A DNA stretch of 63,968 nt, counting the filler, from Phoronis australis (taxonomy: Eukaryota > Animalia > Phoronida), in NCBI GenBank assembly GCA_002633005.1. It is 6 parts of 6 records of this genome, joined end to end, with 100 filler letters (N's around TTAATTAATTAA, not from the genome) between each part and the next. Parts side by side here need not be neighbours in the genome. Positions count along the whole stretch, not along the records: positions 25,117 to 47,831 come from NMRA01000614.1; 5 more parts are not named here. One strand, given 5' to 3'. Within the stretch, counting starts at the first letter, position 1; every line of letters begins with the position of its first letter. Both the position numbers and the translations under genes were made by a program. A model generated the notes under the pieces. The model saw nothing but the letters and a program-made list of their open reading frames with translations, made no database searches and was not told where the DNA came from. Below are positions 25,206 through 37,200 of the stretch, piece by piece.

Positions 25206-28200
25206 TGAGGCTGGTCTGCGTTATCACGGTCAAGTGAACCGTCAAGTGGCCAGGCAGAAGATGAATGAGATACAAAAATCCATCGACGGATGGGAGGGCC
25301 GGGACATTGGGCAGGCGTGTAACGAGTTCCTTATGGGTGAGTGTCTGAGTGGTATGTGTAATACATTGAGTAGGCGTGTACTGTGGTTCTGCAGGAGTGT
25401 CATGTTGTATTTCTGTTGATTACACTACCATATTCATTCAAGTTAATTAATGCCCCTGTCCAAACGCATGCATCTCCTAAATTTTAAACATCCGTGCTCG
25501 GGTTTACACCCACACTCCATTTATTTAGTCGCGGAGTATGGTTCCTTATAACACAATATTTTCATGTATGCTCATGCAGGTTGAGATTCGCTTGTCTTTT
25601 ACTCAAAAGCAGCACATTCTCTGCAGTCCGCAGGATTTTTAAAATTTCATTCTTGATTGTGAATTGCCCTACTTAAATGCAAATCCCTGGTCGTTAACCA
25701 AAAAAGGCAGTGCGGGTAAGCATCCAACTATATCTTTTCAGAAGTACTGCTTCTAAACACCAATACCTTGCTTAATACCCACCTCCTGATTTTTGAGATT
25801 TTCAAATCATATGCTTTGGGCATTAAATCAGATGCATTTGGTGCATATTTATGCCAACCATCGGCGTTGTCCCAAAATGAATTTTTAAGCATGTCTCAGG
25901 CCCACAATTCCAGCTTTTGAGTTTTGCTTAAAGAATTCTCAGCCATGTTTGAAAAATCTTGAGTTGGTTTGATAATCTTGAACAAGGGTACTTCTGATCT
26001 ACATTCAGTAGAAGAAGTAGTGTTGCATATTAATCCTAATTTGTCTATCTGTATTCTTTTGTGTAGATATTATGTTCCTAATATCTTGAAAGTGGAATTT
26101 TCATACCATCGCAGATAGGACGTCTGATTATAAAGAAGATCAGATGCTCTAAACGAGAGCTGTCAAATGCATCCTACTTACAGTCTCACAAGTAATTAGC
26201 AGGAAATTAATGCGCAAAATGCTAATATTTGGGCCAATCACATTCAATCATCTTTGGCGAGCGGATCACTGGAATGTAGGCTTCTAACGGTAATTAGAAT
26301 GGTCTACTGTCTCATCTGATGTGGGTTCGGATGACAAGAAGGCAGGTTCACTCATGAGTTTTTTGGATGGCAGATCAGGGCCCAAGGTATAATCTCCAAA
26401 CTCTGACTGGCAGCATCCCGTGCAATTGGTCATTTTTTAGTTTCAATATCCGATCTACCTTCTGATCAGATGGTATCTGAACACTGTATAAGGCTTATTA
26501 TCCCACAAAAGCACACTGCACAGCTTTAGCCATGATTGTATCTAAACATTGTGTAAGGCTTATTATCCCACAAAAGCACATTGCACAGGTTTACCCCTGG
26601 TGGTATCTAAATGCTGTATAAGGCTTATTATCCCACAAAAGCACACTACACAGGTTTAGCCCTAATGGTATTTTTGCCCTGCTGGTGGTTGAACCTTGTA
26701 TGTACACTTACTTATGTACCTTACGTAGTTTTTCAAATGTAAATGGGTTGAAGTGGAATTGTGTAAAGACACAAAATCATTGTTGCTTTCCTCATCGCTT
26801 GAGAGACGCTTCTTTGTAATTGTTCAAAAGTGTAGATTTGCAGAATTTCTTGAAAGTTTGTTTTCACTACGTTGTTTAACTGCTTGTAAGCCTCAATTAT
26901 TTTCTCCCGTCAGAGGGTACGTTGTGGAAAGTTCAAGGTCGTAAGGGAACGGAGCGCCACCTGTTCCTGTTTGACGGTATGCTAGTCTCGTGCAAACCAA
27001 ACCTCAAGTTCAAAGAAAAGTACTACACGCGTAAAATGGAAATTGTCGATCGTGAGGACACTGACGGTAACTTCCGTAGTCACTCCACGCTAGTTCATTT
27101 CATCTCTAGTGCTTGTTAGGAAATTCTCACACACAAATGTCTTAAAATCCAAGTCATGTGCTTTTCAACATTATTGCTAACAACTTTCCATTGTTAAAAG
27201 GATACTAAACCCAATTTTGGCCTGTTAACCTATTAACAATTACTTTCCCCATACAAATCTCAAAAACAAAGTAATGCTTTGCAACCCTCGTCAAACCTCA
27301 AGAGTTTGTAGCAACTGTGAAAACTTGTACAAAGTCTGCTAAAAGGCTAGCGTGGCCTACACTAAAGGCGAGTTACGCAACAGTTGGGGGAAAGACCACC
27401 CACTAAAAACCATAATATCTATGCTGTGAAGCAGTGATTTTGTGGTGTTAGTTGAATTCTGCTTTCATCACTGAAGTTTGCTGCCAGTGATGTATTTGCA
27501 GGTAACAGAATGAGGATTGGTTGAACTCGCCAAAACCCTATTTAGTATCCTCTTAACGTGAGATTGTTTTTACCCTATTTGCTGGATGACTTTTGTTCAG
27601 ACACTAACTTTTTTCACTCGGCCTCAACACACAATTTTCATTGCGTGCTGAAAGACCTTGACAGGGCTGCAGTAGGTTTCATTACCTGGATGGTAAAAGG
27701 CTGGAATAAAGTTATAACAAAAGGTCAAACTTCAAAAACAACAAATATGTAGTTCTCTCCGGTTTCCTGTCACATAACTCTCAATTTGTTGATTGCTTAA
27801 TTATCTTGGATGCTTTCCAGTGACGTCATACTTCCTCGTTAAACAGGAAATTGTCTCTATTATTTAAATGAGCTGACATGAACTTGCCTGTTGTGTCGCC
27901 AGGTTAATTGTTGATTGATTGTTTTTGCAAAAGCTTTGCGGTGTCTGTTGCAAGAGGAAACATCATAAGTCGTGCGAGTTAATGTCTCAACCTTTCTATT
28001 TCTAAGAGGAAGTTCACTGTGGTTTCACAGAATCATTAAATGTATCGTACTGGACAGTTATCATTCATAGTCGGACTTAATGTTTCCAGAATAGTAATTA
28101 GTAGATCTTGGACCATCCCAGTATTGATGGAGTAAGAGGAAGCATAACTGTTTGCTCTTAGCTATGACTCTTGACATCAACTTAGTTCAAAGGACACACA

Positions 28201-31200
28201 AGCCCGTCTTGGTAAACAGAACAGGGCAGTGCAATTTTAGCTTAGATTGTGGCTCGAGTGTGACACCGTCCTCATATCTTGTACTCTGATATTACAATGC
28301 TTTGTTGGTTGCCACTAACTTTTCCCCGTCTTCAAGAGAACACTGAGAACTACTGAAACCGATTATTTAATGACAGATTGCCTGTTCATAAGATTAACAT
28401 ATAAAGATATTCACTCGAATTGATTTGAAGTCTTATTTCATCCCTGGGTACCCAGATTTTTGTTAATTTCTACATTCATTTCATTACAAAATTTAGGTTC
28501 ATGTCTCACTGCACGGTATGTATTTTCCTACAGATTTGAAGAACGCCTTTGAAATACAGAATAATGTTGTGTTTTATGCCAAGACAGCGGAAGATAAAAA
28601 TAATTGGATGGCTCACTTGATGCTGCTGCAGACACGCAGGTAAATCTTAAACTCACCTGAGTCTACTTCATACCTGCAGGTAAACCATTAACTCACCTGT
28701 GTCTATCTCAGACACTCAGGCAAGTCATTAACTCACCTGAGTTTACTTCAGACCCACAGATAAGTCATTAACTCACCTGAGCCTTTTTCAACCCACAGGT
28801 GAGTCATTAACTCACCTGAGTCTACTTCAGACACACAGGTAAGTTATTATTTCACCTGAGTCTTCTTCAGACACATAGGTAAGTCATTAACTCACCTGAG
28901 TCTACTTCATACACACAGGTAAGTCATTAATGCACCTGAGTCTTCTTCAGACCCAGAAGTAAGTCATTAACTCACCTGAGTCTACTTCAGACCCATAGGT
29001 AAGTCATTAACTCACCTGAGTCTTCTACAGACACACAGGTAAGTTGTTAAAAAAGTAATAGTACATGTTGCACTGGCCACTCAGGTGGTTGCGCTGCACT
29101 GATCACCTGGAATTATTTGATATATAGTTAAAACTGAGCTGAGGAGCTAGATACCTGAATCATGGGTCTAGCAGTGTACCCCAGTGGGACTCGATCTCAC
29201 GACTTTGAGTAAAGGAGATGGACACTTGTCCCACTAGTCCACACTGCCACCTCAAGTAACTCTGGGTTATCTCACAATAGTTATCTATGGTTTCACAGTG
29301 ATGCTATAGGATAAATAATATTGTATGTCACGTAACAAAAGCCTCTGACAATTTTGGCCTGTCATAATCAACACTTGTCTTTTCTTTCAAAAGATTTTAC
29401 TAAACACGTTTGCATACAAATACTTTTCATTCTCAATCTTGAAACTTCCACCAGTCAGCGTTGTAGCCTCGATGAAGTGGTTCTCTCTCATTCGCGTAGT
29501 TACCTGCGCTGCCACATACCCCTATTTGCTACATGTGATGTTGGGAGGAGTCAGAACAATGTCATCTCATTATTTACTTTTTTACACTGTAGTTAGACAA
29601 CGTCTGTCATTTCTGTGACATCAAAATGTTCCTGTGCAATGAGTTTCATTAAAACTGGAAAGCCAGACGGAAAGTCTTGAATGCACAGCATGTCTTTCAT
29701 TTTCCCAAATGTAAGTGTACTTAGTATTGACAGCGTGACAACTGCCCTGCACACTGTGTAACCTTGTAGCTTGGAAAAGAGTATGTCTAGATATTAAATA
29801 ACCTTTCTACAGGTATAAGGAAATGTCGTATTAACAATGGATTGTGGGAAATAACCCCATATCATTGCAGACAAAATACATACATGTTAAGTCATCAGGT
29901 GTCTGTAAGGAAGGCTATTCTACGAATCTCTTCTGATAGTTTGTGCCTGCATTATCTATCTGTAAGAAAATTGATGTTGTGTGCCCCAGTAATCCAGTGA
30001 CGGAATTTGCCATTATCACGTTTATTTTCTCTCCTTTAGCATGTTGGAGCGATCGTTAGACGTCATTCTACAGGAGGAGAGAAGCCAAGAGCCTCTCCTA
30101 ATGCCTAGCCAAGACGACTATCCCTTCACTGAAGCTGACTCTAGCTCCAACATCGAGTTTATCACGGACGAGCGACAGACCCGCAACTCAGACTGGCCGC
30201 TTATCAAGGGTGGCACGTTAGTCAAGCTCGTCGAGCGGCTCACGTATCATAAAAACGCGGATCCGAAGCTGGTCCGCACATTCCTAACCACTTACCGGTC
30301 ATTCTGCAAGCCGCAGCAGCTTCTGGATTTGCTCATCGCCAGGTTCGAGATTCCGGATCTCGAGATGGTGTCGAAGGATGACCCGGATGAGTTGGAGCCT
30401 GGGTTGAATATATCGCGCGAAGCGCTCAACAGGTTCCGCAAAGAGTACAGCAAACCGGTACAGTTTAGGTGAGTGGAGAAAAAACAGGGCCCAGATGTAC
30501 TTAGTGTTTTGTTTTCTGGTTGAATTGCGTTGTTTTCTGATACTTTCTACTGCAGCTTTCTTGTATGTCTTTTCCGTATTTGCCGTGCTGTTTGTTAAGT
30601 GTGTCTTTTTATGACTAGAAATGACGGTAGAATAATTAGTAATTCAATGTATGTGATGATAACTGGGTTATTATATCAAGATTTGTAATGTGCAAGCCAA
30701 TGTAATGTGCAAGCCAATGTAATGTGCAAGCCAATGTAATGTGCAAGCCAATGTAATGTGCAAGCCAGTTTAAACAAAAGGAAGTTGGATCAGCACTCAT
30801 GGTAATATCATGGATGTCTGCGCCGATTCTCGTTGATATCTGTTGACAAAGTGTATGAGGATGTGAAACAAGCTGATCATGTTGTTAATACTTTGTTCTC
30901 TTGAAATGTTAATTTAACCGGTTGTGCCATGGCGGTGTCTGTTCTTGTAGGGTTGTGAATGTGATGCGACACTGGGTGGGCCAGCACTTCTACGACTTTG
31001 AGAATGACGGAGAACTGCTAGACAAACTGCAGACGTTCATCGAGGGCGTGAAGGGCAAAGCCATGAGGAAATGGCTAGAGTCTGTTACCAAGACGATACA
31101 GCGCCGGGTAAGTTATTGTCCGTATTTGTCATTGGTCAACAGAACGGTGTCATATTTTGAATCTTATTGCATTTTATTAAAAAGAGGTTCTTGCCCTGTG

Positions 31201-34200
31201 TTTAAAAGGAATCTTGTTGCCATGGTTACGTACTATAGTTTAAAAAATAAGTTAATGGTATTTCTTCTTTGCGAAATTCCTAAGGAAAAACTTCTGACTG
31301 ATTTTCAAGTGATTTATTTCTTTCATCTATTTTTATTTGACGCAGCTATATGAGTTTAAACAATTCGTCAACTTAATCCACTGTAGTACAATACATCTTG
31401 TTCTTATTTCTTTCACTATTTCGTTTAATCCATAGCCCTTTGTCAATGAGATCTCAAGACTCAGGTAGCAAACAGCGGCATGTAAAATTTTCGTTTGGCA
31501 GGGTTTCCTTGAAATGCCAGAGTTTGTGTTTTTTTTTCCTATTTGGTATACTTTTGCTTTGTTTTTCAGTTGGAAAGCTCAAGTGTCGGTCGGGAAATTG
31601 TCCATCAAAACACGCCTCCTCAGGTGGAATGGCACCTCACAAAATCACCGGCAGAGTTCGACCTAATGACTGTGAGTTGACACAGAGCCCTCTCTTACTG
31701 TTTTTCTTAAACTTTCTTTTGGATCTCCGTCATTGTGAAGATGTATTTTAAATGCAAAATTTGTTGACACAAATTCACCAAAACCATATTACCCAAACCT
31801 CTTAAAACCGAATGCTTGCATTCCTCTCATCGTGGCAATCCAATGGTATTTAGCCAGCCGTCATAATTTGGTTAATATTTACATCGCGATATTTTGTACA
31901 GTTGAGCCTTGTTACACCTTACACCACTTGGAACGTTTACGTCAATATCAACCTGCAAACTTCCAAGTCCTGATTTCATCTAATATATTTCGATGAAAGT
32001 CATAATTGACCAATGGCAAACTCTGCTCCCTTGCGAAATGTTGAGAAACAAACAATAACTTTTACCTGGCAACGTGTTTTTTGTCGGGTAAAATGGCCGC
32101 TGGGAAACGAGGGTGCGTCAAGAATGCTGCGTTGTGATTGGTCAGTTAATCCGTCACTCAAAATCCTGGTGATAGGTTAATTGTATACAACTTACACCTT
32201 TACACACCTTTGCAATTATTATAACAATATAACATTTAAAATTTCCTGTCCCTTGCGACCTTCACCTACGTTTAAGATGAACGTTGGCCGACTGCGACTT
32301 CTCCAGTCTGAAGAAGGTCTCCATACGCTTACGTCACAACTAAATATACACTGTATCATTTTTGACTTGTGTATAGCAGTAGTCTGGCGAACTAGTGTAT
32401 TACTTTAGGCCTATTCCTTTTTTAAAGACGCCATTTACAACTTAAGTCATTCAAGATGCAAATGTCCAATAAAAAAGTCTACACTGGTTATAGCGCACTA
32501 TCGTTATAGCGTACAAATTCCAAAGGTGCCTTGATGTACGCTGTAACAAGGTTTGCTTGTACACAATAGTGCTGTAAGTTGCTGCTACATGTCTATCCTG
32601 ACCAGTCATTTTCTTTCTTCGCTCCTCGTGAGACACAAGGCAGGAATCCATTACAAAGAGCAGGGTTGAGTAAGTAAGTGGAATAGATCTCTTTTACCTA
32701 GATATTGAACAAGTTCCCTTATTTTTGCACCTTCATACATCATCATTTTGCATCGTCTTTACTCTCTTCTAGCTTCATCCAATCGAGATCGCCCGTCAGG
32801 TGACTCTGCTTGAAGCTGATCTCTACCGTGCCGTGCGACCTTCAGAGCTCGTTGGCAGCAAATGGACGAAAAAGGAGAAACACATCACCTCACCTAACAC
32901 TCTTGCCATGATACGACACTCTACAATGGTGGGTTAGGGAACCGTTCACAGTTACCGCCATTTTCGTCATTTTACAAAGCGGCCGATGTTTACTGCCAAC
33001 GTATGCTTTGGATACTACAAAAGTAGTGATGCTAAGAGATAAAATTCGCCGATTATTCGCTGGTTTTTTACATTGTTAAAGTATGACAAAATAACCAACA
33101 GCTTTATTATCGTCGTGATTCTTCGACCGGAACATTAATTGCGTTTGTCGTAGTGGTGGTTGATCAAGCAACAAAGCTCGGCAAATGGTTAAAAATATGA
33201 GATGTGCAAAATAAGTGGTCTTTTCACCTCCATTGCCACGATAATGTTTGTATAAATGTGTACAGTGGTGAAAATAGCCATGACCGTGACTTGCGCTTTA
33301 TAGAACAGTGGTTCGAGGATATTTGTGTAAGGTCTGTGTGAGCTCTCAATAAAGAAATGATGTCCATTTTCAAAACCCACTGCACCCATTTGGATGATCG
33401 ACGATGTCCAGCAAATCATTGATCTCCCAGGGTAAAAAGTACTTTTCATTTATGTCTTGCTTGATTTAATTCTATCAAATTTTTAAATAATTACCGCAAG
33501 TTCGCTCTTAGTTTTTCGGCAATTCCACTATTCTCCCTATGGAGGTGTTACACTGTCTCAAACTTTTTTTCTTATTTTAAAAGTTGCAGATTTTTGAACC
33601 TCCACAAGTACACTCGATGTAACTTAAGATAAAGCCTTGAGATATAGAACAAACTGACAGTGCAGTCAAGAAATTTTTAAGTTATACTTGATGTTGTGTG
33701 CGATTATTACAGTTCACGTTCTGGCTAGAGAAGTGTATACTGGACGCAGAAAATTTTGAGGAGCGCGTTGCTGTGGTGTCGCGTGTGCTGGAGATTCTCA
33801 TGGTGTTTATGGAGTTGAACAACTTCAACGGAGTGCTAGAGATTGTCAGCGCGCTCAACTCAGCGCCCATTCACAGACTGGAACACACCTTTGAAGTGAG
33901 TCGTTAACTTGTCAGTAGTCATGTCCTTAATTCAACTCTCCTCTGCGGAGGTACAAAAACCCATTGCGTAATTATATTGGTTCTCAGACAAATTGTGCTA
34001 CTGACTAACAGACTTCTGAACTGAGACGAAACTGTAAAGAATGTGATTTGATTATACAGGATTTTTCAGAAAGTCAAAAAGTTTTTGAACCAGTTTTCTG
34101 TATTACAGTATTTTTAAAAGCTTTTTCTCATTTGTAAAATCTCATAATTTTTGAAGTCTACGTATTTACAACACTGATGCTAGAAATCTAGTGAGCTTGT

Positions 34201-37200
34201 ATGAAAGTTGATGCTATCGGCACTTTGCTATATTTTCACGCCACAAGTTTTATTGGAAACGACACTCTGTTTGTTTTTAATGGCCTTGATAGATAAATGC
34301 TCCAATTTGCGGCCGGCTGATCTCGTATGAAGTGCCAGTTGATGTAAAAGATACCCATGCGAGAAACTTTACGCTATCATCTCTCTCTGTCTCTGCAGGA
34401 AGTGCCAAATAAGTTAGTGAGGGCATTTGACGAAGCCAAGGAGCTGAACGCGGACCACTTTAAAAAGTACAATGAAAGGCTGCGGTCGATAAACCCGCCC
34501 TGCGTACCATTTATGGGTAGGTCTATGAGTGACATCTCTTCTGAAATACTTATGTTGGCCGCCAACTGTTTTGAAGTTAGAGATTTGTCTATATCATTCG
34601 TCTTAGTTTGTAAAACTTGTATTGCAGCTCCCTGGTTTCTTATGAACTTCAAATAGCTGCTATTGAAGGTTCTTTGTCACCAGTTAAGCTACTATAAGAG
34701 CAGTCCAGTGCAATGCCTTTATATGTTAATTTATTCTCCTTTACACAAATTACCGACATAGGCCGTGTTCAACAGCATCTAGGACATTGTATTTGCTCAA
34801 CGAAACTGAGTGCAGAACTAAGATGCAGGCCTTTTGCTGTGCCACTCGTGTCCCTTCCTATTGTTTCGTGGATAGTAAATACATGCCAGGGGATGAGTAC
34901 TTAACGCAAACAATGACTCCAAGACAACCAGGAATCTAGGGTTTTAGTCACTAATCATAACGTCAAAAACATCTGTGTTCTCCTTTATGTATGAACCAAA
35001 TTGACTGTCTGTTGCTAGATATGTTTCACATTTGCTGACTGTTGCTAGGTATGCATCACATTGACTGACTGTTGCCAGGTATGAAGTTACATAATTCACT
35101 GACTGTTGTTAGGTATGTACTTAACCAACATCCTGCACACGGAAGAGGGTAATCCCGACTTTCTGCAGAACAACCCTGACCTGATCAACTTCAGCAAGAG
35201 GCGAAAGGTGGCGGAGATCACGGGTGAAATACAAGAGTATCAGAACCAGCCCTACTGCCTCACCATCGAGAACGACATACGGGTGAGTCAACTCATTATA
35301 TCTCTCGGACTTGGTTTCATGAAAGTCGTAAGGTAAAGCTCGCATCAGTCCAAAGTGTTTTAAGTCAGATTTTCACTCAACTCGGACTCAGTTCACTTAG
35401 CCTTCCAGATAAGTAGGTTTTCATCTTGCTCACTCACATAAAATTTCCGTCCTGTTGGACTTGACTTATGTTAGTTTTACTGGTATGATAGATAACAACA
35501 GCATACGTGACATGGAATTATCACATCATTGGACAATGCCTTGAACCATCAGCAGGGCTCGACATAACGAGCTGCAGGTCGCATTTGCGACCTGAAATTT
35601 GGAAATGCGAGCTGAGATTTTTGTCAGCTCGTATCAAGTCGCAAAATGCGACCTGGAATTTCCAACGAATGCGAGCTGAGTTTTTACATTTCTCAACAGA
35701 TACCTGGCAAATACAAAGCAGCTCTTGTTAATCCGACCGTTATNCGGACTTGGTTTCATGAAAGTCGTAAGGTAAAGCTCGCATCAGTCCAAAGTGTTTT
35801 AAGTCAGATTTTCACTCAACTCGGACTCAGTTCACTTAGCCTTCCAGATAAGTGGGTTTTCATCTTGCTCACTCACATAAAATCTCCGTCCTGTTGGACT
35901 TGACTTATGTTAGTTTTACTGGTATGATAGGTAACAACAGCATACGTGACATGGCATTATCACATCATTGGACAATGCCTCGAACCATCAGGCTTATCCG
36001 ACAGAAATATTTTTTCTCCATTTTTTGCAACACGTCCCAAAAGTTAATAAAACAATCTACGTCTGAAGCGCTATTATCTCAGTACTTTCTATGGTTTTAA
36101 TGCCTGATAATAAATTCGTTGCCATGAATTGAATGCTTCTGATGTAACAAACTTGTTGGTAAATAAATTTAAAAAGCTCGCCACGAAACGCATGTCAATG
36201 ATCACTGTTTTTCACAGCTTATGAATTTTTTTCAGATATGTTAGATAACTTAATGTTGTGATAGTGGTATAGGGACTTTCTTCAGGTGCTCAGCGAAATG
36301 GCCCACCTGAGCAGCATACGCACGTCTGGTACAACGTGTACCAGACCGCCTGCTATCATTAATTAGGAACTTCCTTTGTTCGGGAGTGTTACAATGCCAA
36401 AGTGTTTTGAATTAACGATTCTATTGTTTAAACGCTGCTCCTGGTTTCCTGAGAGAACGGAACTAAGCGTTGTCTGTTATGGAGGGTCTGTCTTACTAGT
36501 GAATATGTTTTGAAGAACGAGCCAATAGGATATTGCTGCTGACATTGCAGGCTTTCTTCGAGAACCTGAATCCATTGGGTGACCGGACGGAAAAAGAGTT
36601 CAACGATGATTTGTACAATAAATCTCTGGAGATTGAACCCAGGAATGCACGGCAACTGCCCAAGTTTGTACGTAGAAATCTTCTTCGTGTCAATTGTCTG
36701 ATAGTGTTTCGTTTGTGTCAGAAACAGCGCATTCATTCATTTTGGTTTTGGCAAGTCACCTATTTAGGATTGGGTGATGAATTTGATGGCAACATTCTCT
36801 TGCCATGGTAATGTTAACTTAATTTATTTTGCGAAATTTCTTGACAGTTTTGATGATATGTTAATGTTTCGAGAGCGACTTGTTAGTAAGGGAATTGTGC
36901 ATTACAAATATGATAATGATAATTTTGCGAAGCAATTTCTTAGATGCTAGTTTGACAAAAGTCTTCGTAAGATTTTGATCATGGTGCTCAGACAATCAAT
37001 TTAAAAATCATCCGTTTATCTGAAGTAATGTGTTTTTCGCTTCAAAAGGCTTGTTTGCTCAATTTTTACACTTAAGTGTATGCGCATAGGCTTTAGTTTC
37101 CCTTATAGGTCCACTCAGTTGTCTTTTGCGCATACACAGGTCTGGATAGTGTGTGTGATTTTTATCCCAGGAATTTTCCTCTTTTAAGAGGATTTCCTCT

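Noticed and set aside
28631-29050. CRISPR-like regular array
   Set aside because: Eukaryotic intron; the units are head-to-tail with no unique spacers, and there are no cas genes.
29177-29248. Functional tRNA gene
   Set aside because: Acceptor and anticodon stems do not pair and the T-loop is altered; kept as a SINE head or pseudogene.
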